The notes beneath the pieces are model-generated. The model was not told the DNA's origin. It saw only the letters and a program-made list of their open reading frames with translations, and searched no databases. A DNA stretch of 63,648 nt, filler included, from Choristocarpus tenellus KU-1152 (lineage: Eukaryota; Protista; Phaeophyceae), in the NCBI GenBank assembly GCA_964200185.2. It is 12 parts of 12 records of this genome, joined end to end, with 100 filler letters (N's around TTAATTAATTAA, not from the genome) between each part and the next. Parts side by side here need not be neighbours in the genome. Positions count along the whole stretch, not along the records: positions 22,366 to 25,076 come from CAXNAD020025412.1; positions 25,177 to 33,551 come from CAXNAD020004793.1; positions 33,652 to 40,903 come from CAXNAD020006460.1; 9 more parts are not named here. One strand, written 5' to 3'. Numbering within the stretch: the first letter of the stretch is position 1; each line of letters starts with the position of its first letter. Below are positions 24,335 to 35,382 of the stretch, one piece after another. The position numbers were made by a program, and so were the translations under genes.

Positions 24335-25076
24335 TGAAGGTGAAATGCAAGCAAGTTAATTTTGAGGCGGACGCGAAAAAAACGTTGAGCACGTTTGCGC
24401 TTGTGAACTCAACCCCATAGAAGACCTAATGTTAGAAGAATAGGCGGCGATCCACGTGGGGAAGGAGAAAGGACTGGTTGGGTTGTCTCCAGGGGGGGTA
24501 TGTGGTCGAATCAGTAAAGCAGGCGGTGGAAGAAGGTGCAGGAGGTTTCATGACGATGTGGATTTTTGTGTACAGATGATGCTAGGTGTAGCTACGGGGA
24601 GGATGAAGAGCTTAGCCAAAAGCCGTCATGGTCGTTTCCTCGCGAGAAGGATTAACGAAGACAGAGAGCCGTTGCCGTTATGCTCTTGTCCGGTGTAGAT
24701 GGGTATTACTTATTGTATTACATGCTAACATAGGATGTGTTGGATTTGGTGTAAAATAACATAAAAGTGGAGAAGCAAGATATATATGCAGGCACATGCT
24801 CTGATGCATGTATATGGAAGTATAAATATAAAAAGGGGTGATGCGTACATATATTTTTTGTTTTGTTTCGAGGCTAGGTTACAATACAGTTTTACCAGCT
24901 GCTCTTCTCGTGCTATTTTGTTGTGGGGAAATCAAAAGTCAATCAATCAATTGCAGTGCATGGCCATAAACCTTCCAGAGTGGCAGCAAGCGTGAATTGC
25001 AAGCCTCAAGGCAGTATCTGTCCATGTAAAAACACCATGTATGGAAAGCATGTTTGTCTGTTATTATACCGTAGAT

Positions 25077-25176
25077 NNNNNNNNNNNNNNNNNNNNNNNN
25101 NNNNNNNNNNNNNNNNNNNNTTAATTAATTAANNNNNNNNNNNNNNNNNNNNNNNNNNNNNNNNNNNNNNNNNNNN
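25077..25176. other. Artificial contig linker
   Basis: N44-TTAATTAATTAA-N44. Confidence 0.98.
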
Positions 25177-25242
25177 CCCCCCCAGATACTTTGACCCAAC
25201 TCAATATTATTTTTTTGTCGTTTCTTTTTTTGACCTTGGCAG

Positions 25243-28200
25243 GTGTTCGTGCGTGCTATGATGAGGGAAAGCGTGTGGCAGAGACTCTGTTCTTTGACTT
25301 CAACAGGCAGCACCACTTAGCCATTAGGGTGGCAAGGATCTTCAATACGTATGGCCCTTTCATGCACCCCTATGGTGGGTTTAAAAAACAAACAGAATTG
25401 TCTAACAGCTACGCCCTATGGTTTGGAAAATAAAATACTTTTTTTCCTGTGGCAACGCCGCCTTTTTTTAAAATTTATTTTAGTGTCCCTTTAGTGTCCC
25501 TTCACATGTGGGGGGGTCTTACCGTGTATGAGACAGCAACCTATCAAAGTTTTTTTTTTGGTACTACAGTTCATTATTCTTACTATAATTTGTTATTATT
25601 TGTAAATACAGTTCATTATTCTTACTATAATTTGTTATTATTTGTAAATACAGTTCATCATTCTTACTATAATTTGTTATTATTTGTAAATACAGTTCAT
25701 CATTCTTACTATAATTTGTTATTATTTGTAAATACAGTTCATCATTCTTACCATAATTTGTTATTATTTGTAAATACAGTGCGTTGTTATTATGGTATGT
25801 TATTTTAGGAGTAATAAAGGACCAGACGCTGTGTTTGATTTGATTACTGCGTGTTCAATAATAATAATAATAGTAATAGTAATAATAATAGTAATAATAA
25901 TAGTAATAAATGACCTGCGCTGTTTATCTGCGTGTTAAATAGTATTTACACCTTGTATTTGGGAATAGAGGTAGCTGGTACTTTCCTGTATTGTATTGTG
26001 TTGTGTTGTGTTGTGGTCCTGTACCACTTGTGGACAGAGGCAGGTGCAGTGGACAGAAAAAATCATGTTGGTTGAATGGTAAGGCATGTAGGGCGTGGAA
26101 ATGTTGAATGAGTGTACCACAGCAGAGCTTTATGAATTAGCTCTTGAGTTTATGAATGTTATACCATAGTATTTCAGGGTTATGCTGCTAAGACTTGACA
26201 TCTATGCTCTTGAGAATATTTTTGGCATTGGAAATGCCCTGTCTTTAAGTGCAATGTGGAGGTGCTCTCTTTTTATTTTTTTCAAGATTATTCTCTTCAC
26301 ACTGTTTTCAAGATTGTATGAAATTGGTTATTCCCAGGACTACTAAGCTGTTCATTTTTGTTAAAATCATATTTAGCTAGGGTGGTGATGTTAATGCATC
26401 CTCTGCACACATTGTCAACCTTGTTCATTTTTGGAATTTCAATCTTTACATATTTTTTTCACACCTGACACATGTTTTTAGCGTGAAATTTGTTTATTTC
26501 AAACTTTACATACATAAAACTTATTTTTATTTTTATTGTTGTTGATAAATTTGGACATTTGGATAGAGGATGAATAGTTGTGTCCTGGTCAAGACTTGGA
26601 AAACTTTAGGAATTGATAATTTTTTTGTCAAAGTGTCCCCTGTGAGTGTTGCCAGATGTAGGCAATCAAAGGTACTCTGTGACCAAGGAAGGTGCTGTAT
26701 TCTTTGTACCGTGACTTGCTCAGAAGAAAAAAATCGCGTGTTAGAAGTTATGGGGACAAATCACTTTCACTTCAGTGGATCCATTGTCTTTTTGGTTGTG
26801 AATTCGATTGAGTCGATTTGTTTAATGAAAGGAGAATCGAGATAGTGAAAGTGTTAATCAATCCTCTTGATCACTCTACATTGTTTTTTTACTTGAATGT
26901 GTGTGCTGTGTGATTTCATTCCTCTGAAAGACCCCTCTTGGGACCTCTCACTTGGATTGAACGACTCGGATGGATTTTTTTTTAGTTTATTCTGTTCTGT
27001 TTATAATATTAATAATAAATAATGAATAATGAATCCATTTTGAATCACGACAACACTTGGGCTCTGTCCTCGAAAACCAATCTTAGATGGAAGGGTTGTG
27101 AGCAACTTTGTTGTTCAGGCTCTCAATGGGGATGATATCACCATATATGGTGATGGCAGCCAGACGCGATCTTTCTGTTTTGTGGATGACCTGGTGGAGG
27201 GTCTGATACGCCTCATGAACAACGAGACAGAGGTGAGTTGGATACAGATTGATTCTATTGGCCCATAGTGACTCTGAGGCATTTTTTGTTGGTGGAAATG
27301 TTGATTAGTGTCCTCTACTCTTCCGTCTTGTTCAAGACTCCAATGTATTTTAGTGTGAACAAGCGCTAGCTATAGCATGAGTTGAATCACTGAAACTTAG
27401 GGTGTGGGCTTAGGGTGTGGGCTTAGGGTGTAATATTGTGCCCAGGCACTGTCCAACCCTCATGTTGAGAGGGGTGCCATCAGCGAGATGTAAGTATGTG
27501 CGTGAGAGCTAACTTGCACCTGTGCCTTCTCTTTTTTGGAATGGGTTGGAATGGGTTGGGATGGGTTGGAATAGGTTGGAATGTGTTGGTGCTGGAGAGG
27601 AAAATGTCCGTTGCAGAATGGGTCACGTGTGAAGTATGCTTACCTCAAGTTCTTTTTACAAGGTCTGTGTGGTCGGTCACACACAGGTTTAAATTGTTTG
27701 CGATAGTATTGAACTGATACCAATAGTACTTACCAATAGTACTTACCAATAGTACTTACCAATAGTACTTACCAATAGTACTTACCAATAGTACTTACCG
27801 ATAGTACTTACCAATAGTACTTACCCACATATTGATCCTTGGGCATGGGGTCAATTAATTGTCTAGCAGTGGTACAACACTTTTTTTCTTTTTTGTATAC
27901 ATGTAGCTATATTGCTGCGCACTGATTGGTTGGTCCCTCTATGTACCAATTACTATTTTTTGCCTGATTTATGTGTGATCTTTCCATTGTGTGCTGCCCA
28001 ATGAAATGCCCAGATCGGACCCATGAACATCGGCAACCCAACAGAATTCACTATCAGAGAGCTGGCGGAGCTCACTGTGCGTCTGAGTGGATCGAGCAGT
28101 AAGATCATCTACATGCCCTTGCCCCAGGTTAGTGATGGCCTTTTGAGAGTGTATGTACTATTTTTTTCACGCATGCATGACTTCACTTGGAGTGACCAAC

Positions 28201-29467
28201 GCTAGCATGGGTAGGGTGCAAGGCATTGATGGTTGAATCATCCATTCTTGGCAATGTTTTGTATTGGTGATATTGATTAATTTTTTTTTATTTTTGTACC
28301 GTGTCTGATGCCCTCTTTAATGCCCTCCATACAACTACAAGACCCTCTATGCCATCGTGGAGTTGTTTGAGACATAAAGGCGGTTCACATGTCTACCTGT
28401 GAATGTGCTTGATGGTTGATGGCACTTGCCATATGAATCTGCATGTTGACTGTTGTGTTAATCTTCTGACCACACGCTTGCTAATGATGTGAAGATAGGG
28501 GTTAGGGTTAGGGTTAGGGTTAGGGTTAGGGTTAGGGTTGAATACTGATGGGATACTCATACCAAATAGGGTTGTTTCTTGGAGTGTTTTCAGGGAGGAT
28601 GTGTCTTTATTGCTATTGTGTAAAAATTCATGTCAGCATTTTTTACTCTACCCTTCAGATTGCACTAGCAACCTCACGGAATCTGTCAGACAACAATGTG
28701 TACTCAGTTGCCACAAAGCATTCACTATGGGGAGCCTCGTAGTGAATGCTTCCTCACTCATGGCATTGTAGAAGGTTTGGGAGACATAGAGCTTTGCTTG
28801 GTGGAGAGTGTGCTGGGATACCCGATGCTGTGTACATGATGATGTTAAGAGAATTCAAATTGGGTGCTTTGTGTGTATTCTAGGGTCAGATCATGTGTTT
28901 GCACCAGTGCCTCAGGTATTTTTGACGTAAAGGTTGCTTGGATTTGATGGTTGTGTTCATTACTGTATACTATATTCTCTGGAGTTACTGATAGTGTGCC
29001 ATACCTAATAATTTGCAGTCTTTAGAGATGAATAGAGCTCCTCTGAATGATAAATATAAACAATTTAATGCAAGGCCTAGTTACAAAGTTTAAAGGTGAG
29101 AAAGGATGACTTAGAGATATTCCAGGATATCCTTGTCAAGGACGAACAATTAGGTTATGGTAGTGACAGTTGTGGAATTGATACTGAAAAATGGTCTTAT
29201 GTGAGTATAGGCATAGCAGAAACTGAGCATGTGCCGTAAATGCTTGAGTCTTGTCCACATCGCCATTTGCTTGTCCTATGAAACAAACACGGGGGGTGGG
29301 GGGATCCAACGTGCTTTTAACATTAGAATATCTCCTCTATGAATACCCCCAATCCAGGATGACCCTAAGCAACGTTTGCCAGACATCAGCTTGGCGAAAC
29401 AGGCCTTGGACTGGGAACCCAAAGTGAACCTAGAGGAGGGTCTCAAAAAGACAATTGAGTACTTTAG
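25243..29467 (+). CDS. UXS1: UDP-glucuronate decarboxylase (UDP-xylose synthase), C-terminal half, 4 exons; last exon not located
   Basis: Exons 25243-25374 ([38 protein letters not shown]), 27087-27232 ([44 protein letters not shown]), 28014-28127 ([19 protein letters not shown]), 29358-29467 ([36 protein letters not shown]). All GT-AG and phase-consistent. Confidence 0.96.
25565..25780. repeat. 42-bp minisatellite x~5 in a UXS intron
   Basis: TACAGTTCATYATTCTTACTATAATTTGTTATTATTTGTAAA in tandem. Confidence 0.95.
27718..27826. repeat. 13-bp minisatellite (CAATAGTACTTAC) x~8
   Basis: Tandem array seen directly. Confidence 0.95.
28497..28538 (+). repeat. Intronic interstitial telomeric tract (TTAGGG)6
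   Basis: Perfect hexamers. Confidence 0.95.
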
Positions 29468-29696
29468 GTGGGTATAACAACGGGCAACAATCATGTTCTT
29501 GGGTTTTGAGGTAGTCTTTTTTATTTGTCCACTCTCACCTGGGGACTATCCCGGCCTGTGGTCAGAGGCACTTGATATTGCACTAGTTGTGGTATTGTAG
29601 CTGATGGAAGCAACTGTTGCATCGCGGCCAATTGTACTGGGCTTGATTGTGCCTTGATTCTTTGTTTCTCGTGGGGGTTCAGACATCCCTCGACTC

Positions 29697-30000
29697 ATAG
29701 TAATTTCTTTTATTTGCTTTAGGGCTTGAATTATCTATTGAAATGTTAAAAGCAATTTTAACCAAAATACATGTTTGGTCTCGGTTCATTGTAAGTTTTA
29801 GTAACTTCATTTTAAGTTTTAGTAACTTCATTGTGAGTTTTAGTAACTTCATTGTAAGTTTTAGTAACTTCATTGTAAGGTTTAGTAACTTCATTGTGAG
29901 TTTTAGTAACTTCATTGTAAGTTTTAGTAACTTCATTGTAAGTTTTAGTAACCGGATTAATATTAGCTGTATTTATAATGTTGATTGCTGAGGATAATAT
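29697..30000 (+). pseudogene. kefB: Fragment of a bacterial (Rickettsiaceae-like) KefB/KefC CPA2 potassium/proton antiporter
   Basis: With two small indels it reads IV/FLLFALGLELSIEMLKA/KYMFGLGSL*VLVT..GLILAVFIMLIAEDN, matching the CPA2 motif G(I/V)VFLLFxIGLELSxxRLxxMxxYVFGLGSLQV. Very AT-rich and intronless. Confidence 0.75.
29786..29953 (+). repeat. 21-bp minisatellite x8 derived from kefB codons S-L-(Q>stop)-V-L-V-T
   Basis: TCATTGTAAGTTTTAGTAACT from 29786, 29807 through 29933, in register with the kefB frame on both sides. Confidence 0.9.
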
Positions 30001-30269
30001 TTTATGTGCTTTTTCTAATTTAAATTCAATATTTAATTGTGCAATATAATAGTAGAACGTATTTATTACGTAAGGGCGAGTTGTATAAACAAGAAATACA
30101 AGACACTAAAAATCACTGGTTGTTTAAAATAAATGTTCATGATAGACTGCAATTTTATCACGCAGAATTTTTTTCAATTTTTTTAATACCTTCTTAAAGG
30201 AAGCAGAACAATGTAGTTTTTATAATATTTGTCTAGGAAATAATTTAGAATGACTTCTAATTGACGCAT

Positions 30270-30486
30270 TGTCCAATTTTTATAGTATCTCCAACGTGGT
30301 ATATAGATGTTGGTTACCCAAGATACAGAAATCAATATTTGAGCATTTGTTTTTGATATACTCAAGCATTGCTTTTGTTCCATATTTTGCTTCGCCTTCT
30401 TCATCAGTGGTAATGAGGAAACTAATTGATCCATTGGGATTTTTGTTACGGATTAAGAATTCTTGTACTGCTGCTAAAGAACAAGG
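30270..30486 (-). pseudogene. dapE: Fragment of bacterial (Rickettsiaceae-like) succinyl-diaminopimelate desuccinylase
   Basis: CSLAAVQEFLIRNKNPNGSISFLITTDEEGEAKYGTKAMLEYIKNKCSNIDFCILG(-1)EPTSIYHVGDTIKIG. Contains the DapE motifs GSISFLITxDEEG, GEPT and GDTIKIG, with one frameshift. Confidence 0.88.
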
Positions 30487-30617
30487 ATGAAAATGTAAAG
30501 ATTATGGAACTGAAAGCCAGTAGTAATATGACAAAAGATTGGATTAACAATAAGTATGGAGATGTTATATCTCAAATAGCTATCAACATGGGATTAGAAT
30601 TAAGAGCGATAAAATAA
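30486..30617 (+). pseudogene. 3' end of a DnaA_N-domain protein resembling rickettsial plasmid DnaA-like replication proteins
   Basis: DENVKIMELKASSNMTKDWINNKYGDVISQIAINMGLELRAIK* fits the DnaA domain I pattern (xLxAPxxFxxDWIxxxY), here located at a protein C-terminus. Confidence 0.6.
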
Positions 30618-30663
30618 CACGCAAAATACATTTTTTATAATGCTGCAGTTTCAAAAAACTTCT

Positions 30664-30817
30664 TAAATGTGGGATTGTGAAAAATACAAAAACAGATATT
30701 GCAGTTATTTTGATTTAAACTACTATATTATTGAATTTTTTGCTCTCTTTTGTTCCACTGTGTAACATAAAACCAGCGAGTAGTACAATAAAAAAGGAAG
30801 GGAGATTAATACAACCT
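30664..30817 (-). pseudogene. Fragment of a bacterial APC-family cationic amino-acid permease (Rickettsiaceae-like)
   Basis: GCINLPSFFIVLLAGFMLHSGTKESKKFNNIVV*IKITAISVFVFFTIPH matches the GxINLPAxxI...GTKESxxxNxIxVxIK motif, with one stop. Confidence 0.8.
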
Positions 30818-33551
30818 TAAAAGGTTTTATATTGATGAAACAGCATTTCTACTAAATAATGTTAAACTTGAAGTTATCAAAATACGGCAGAAATCAAGTT
30901 TACTATGTTATCCCTACGTTCAGCAATATGACTAATAGATATGCTAATTACTAACACAATTAGGACCTAATCCATAAATTTTTGATACACCATTTCTTTC
31001 AATGGTATATCTTTGAAACATATTACTTTTTTCCAAATCAGATTTTCAGTAAAACCTGGAGCGGCTGAGTGGTGTTGAGCAAATGGAGGAGATACCAACC
31101 TGAACAGTGATGATTGCCTGATGTTAGGAGTGCATTTCCCATTAGTTTTCTTCTAAACTGTTTTGCATTGCATCCTTTCCTCCACTCTTGTACTCAGGAC
31201 ACTTGACATGCGCAAGTTCAAAAAGCCCACGAACCACAGTGCCCATAAGAGCTCCAACAATGAGAGAGCACGAGAAAGGACAATGTCGCCGATACCTACG
31301 ACTAAGATTGACCATGATGGCAGTAACTGAGGCCATGTTTTGTTCAATATCTAATTATGGTTCCTGTCTCAGGCTACTGTATCAGTTATCATTGATGAAG
31401 TTGATAACTTCATGACGTGCATGGCAGTTTTCTATCTTGCCCAGGCAACCAACTATAGTATCTGTTTTTCAAACTGTAGAGAAATACAGACGATCTTGGT
31501 GGTGGTGTATCAATCCTTGTTTTGCTTGGCAGGTCTGTCTGGCGATTGAGTATGTTGTGGTGAAGCATTCTGGATTTACATATGTGGTGTGTTAATGTTT
31601 TTCTTCAGGTGTACGAGGTGATTGAGCTGAGCTGACTAACTAACCAACGTTTGTAAGCCGTAGAGATAGCTTTGGGGTGATGAGTTTGAACTGTTTCTGG
31701 TTATAGTTCTACTACTAAATGCCTATTTCCTGTTTGTGTGTGTGGCAAACCAACCTGATCGCAGAACAAAATCACTTTCTACTGAAGGTGGTAGGTGATC
31801 GGATGGGTTCATTGGGAAAAAGCACACACACAGGTAAAGAGTAATGGGTTAGATTTTGTGTATATCCTGAGAGGCTAAGTTGTTTGAATCTCTGTGTTTT
31901 TATCGATATTTGGAACCCTGCATTCCCTCATCACTGGACAATCCGCCTAACAATTGCAGTGCAATTATTTTAGCTAACATTGATCTCTGGTGGGTCAAAA
32001 GGGTGTTTTGTTTCTTCAGTGATGATGTAATGCTACACTGACACTCATAGCGAGAATTCCACAGTCTTTCCATTGGCAGTCATGGCCTGATTGATCTGAT
32101 CACTCTTGGCATTGTTCCCTCATACCTTGACCCCCTTCATAGGGTTTGCCTATCATTTCGATTCATATTGGCGGTATATTTTTCATATGCATGGATACAT
32201 TGCGGAAAATTGCTACTTATGTAAGAGAACTTCCAATATCCAAGATACGTGTATTGCGTAGTAAAAACCCCCTTTCCTATCTATACAATTGAAACAGAGG
32301 CGGTTGTGTTACAGTTAAAAACGACGACTGACTCCTTTCTGTACAAAATACTGTGTATTTTTTGTGAGAACATGAAGCATGTACGAGGTAGTATATGATG
32401 ACAGAACTGTTAGAGAATGTTCTTGAATGGACTGGCACTGTATATTGATCTTCACTTATTTACATGATATGTAGTACTGTACGTATTTGATTGAGATGTT
32501 TGGATATTACAAAGACCCAACTATATCATCAGTACTTCCTAAGTACTGATTGTAGTATGAAATGACGCAAACTATGCCTCTGAAAGTAATGATGTTACGC
32601 TCAAACGTTCATCCATAATCGGTGGGTATTGTCCGTTTTTTTCTACACCAAACAAAAGAACTCAGTTTGTTCTTCCATACTTGAGGTTTGTCATTGCCAG
32701 CAGGAGGATTACATTCAGGAGTCACCTGCTCTTGAGCTGTATGTCCGCTTTTTATATATCATTCAGAGCCCATTTGCTCTACAATGTCCATTTTGCACCA
32801 CTACCATATTTTTTGTGCTAAACACCTAATGAAATGTTACTCATATCTCACTTTACTCTGTAATGTTAGTTGTCCATAACAAACGAAGCAGGTTTTATCT
32901 TGGTTGGTTGTTTTCATTATTTCACACCATCTTAATCTCAAACCCATGGTCAGATGGTGATCGCTGTAAATTAGAGAGGAAGCCATACCATTATATGTAG
33001 GTATGGCGCAAATATGGCAATGTACACATTATTATGTAATGCTTCTTCCATTCGAAATATAGCCACCAGTCCTGGTGGTAAGACTTGATTTTCTGCCCTG
33101 GGCTCAATGATGCTGTTGTCCTCCACCATCCTAGGATGTCAGTGTTGACTTACTCGATCTTCTCTACACAATTCTATATACTCCAAGTAAATCTGTACGA
33201 CTACTAGAATGCTATGCCAATGCTGGTGTGTCACCCACAGTCCTTGACATCTTCTGCCTACTCATAGATGGGAACGTTCTCCTGTTATGTGCTGCCCCCA
33301 GTGTCACACCCCTGTCCCAATACCAGTGCTTTCTCTTCCTGAGACACCTTGCAAGTATTGTGGAAGGAAGGGTAGCTTCTCTCCTCAGCACTAGTGGACC
33401 CAATGTGATCCATCCACACATAGCTATGCATGAGGTACTTCCATATATGAGCACTGGCCCACGAGTGAGGCAGATAGCATACTGCAAGGAACAGCCTCTC
33501 AGCAAAATTGAGGATGGAGCATACTATGGAGGATGGTTTTGACCCCAAACT

Positions 33552-33651
33552 NNNNNNNNNNNNNNNNNNNNNNNNNNNNNNNNNNNNNNNNNNNNTTAAT
33601 TAATTAANNNNNNNNNNNNNNNNNNNNNNNNNNNNNNNNNNNNNNNNNNNN
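33552..33651. other. Artificial contig linker
   Basis: N44-TTAATTAATTAA-N44. Confidence 0.98.
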
Positions 33652-35382
33652 CTACGCCAAATTGTTTCGGTGACTACACAAGTGGCATTATCTCGATGTG
33701 CCATGCCTTTTAAGCTGGAGTCACCAGGGAGATGGGCACTGAGGGGTCTGTTGGATTCTTGGGATGCTTCCTTAGCGCCCCCGGGGCACAGGAATAGGTA
33801 GATGGGAAGATAAGGAAAACAGTAGTACAATATTTGATAGTGGCGAAGTAACTGATAGACTAGTGGTTTCCACACTTCCAATGTTTTATAGTGTTCTTAT
33901 GTTTAGGATATTTTATCTCTTTAGGGCTAATAACGACATTATATAGTTTTCATTTGGTTTCCCTCCTGACACATCTGCAAAATGTCAGAGGGCATAATAA
34001 TAATAAAAAATACATCTAACTCACATTGTGAGAAAGAAAGGGTGTTGGCTATGAATTGTGGGGATTGAATTGATTTGATTGGATGAAATCAAAGTTCTAT
34101 CAAAACCGAATCCCTTGGAACCAATTATTAGGCGATTTATTATTTTTCAACTCTGGAATGTTTGGAGAACAGGAGAGGTAACATACAACACACACCAACT
34201 ACACAACAAACCTTCACATATCTAGGACTACAAAAAAAGTGATGAGTTTGGCTACGTGATCTGAAGAGAGTGAGGGTGCGTTCCTGTTTGAGTATTACGT
34301 CGTTCCACCTCACGAATATGCCCTTTGGCGTTATGTGGAGAATGACTTTAAGGAAGGTGAAGGATCAGATGATACAGAACCTGCCTAGAATGGTTGAGGT
34401 CACATTTGACCATAAGGAAGAGAAGTGCGCTGAGCAAAATGGCAAACGATGAAGTCCCATGGGTTGAGTACTGATATCTGGTGCTTTTTTTTAGTCTGTA
34501 AACAAAGGTGAGAATCCCCAAATGTGCCTGTATAATCTCTGTGTCTTCGATATTCAGAGGGAGGTTCAGGAAGATCTGCAGATCAAAGGTCACCAAGATC
34601 CTTGCTGATCAGGATATATCTGGCTATTGTCACAGATGGTTGGACAGGTCCCTCCGGTCACACCTTTCACTCTCTCAACGTGGCCGGCATCGATGATGCG
34701 TTTTGAGCTGATCTTTTTCTCTGTGAACTCCATCAGAACTTGTTGAAAACCTTAGTAGACTAGGTAGAAAAACGAGGGCTTGCTGGAAGGGTGGAAGCCC
34801 GTGTGGTACGCTGTGAGCCATTAATGGTGAAGATGAGTCGCTTACTGGAGAAGGGATCATCACATCGTCACCCATACATATATAAATTGCCGTTTGGATG
34901 TGTGGCAGGTATAGCTTTCAATGGACGGGATAAAGATGCCATGAAATCAGCCTAGGCAGGTGTTGGCACCTACTCCAAGTCCAGTCAGGGCAAGGAGAGC
35001 TTGGAGGAGATATGCAGCATGTCAAGAGATGAGCCCAAGACAGTGATGAAGGATGGATGCACTGACACGCTGGTGGTTCATATGTTCGATGGTGGAGTAC
35101 CTTTTTGGCGATTAGCATTTGTATCGTTACCTGCACTTTAGCTGGCGTGAGCAGCAAGTGTGCGCACAGACAGTCCAAAATATGGAGGTTTGAGGTCATC
35201 TTACTGGCACAGTGTAACAACTGAATCTCAAGAAAAATTGGAATGATCAGTTGGCATGGATGGCGGATAACAATCCAATGTACATGGTGTATGAGACTCC
35301 TGACAAATTGAGAAGCATTTGAGGTCCAGCACTTACTCCTGAAGTGTTTTTCGAGACAGTCAAACATCAAGGTGGAAATATC

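Noticed and set aside
29679-29991. ORFs MKLLKLT.../FIVSFSN... as repeat proteins
   Set aside because: By-products of the 21-bp minisatellite; the ancestral frame is the kefB frame containing stops
29697-31053. AT-rich block as a mitochondrial/plastid insertion or simple bacterial contamination
   Set aside because: dapE, kefB and APC permease are not typical ochrophyte organelle genes. The pieces are short, scrambled, mutated and embedded in a host contig, although read-level confirmation is still needed.
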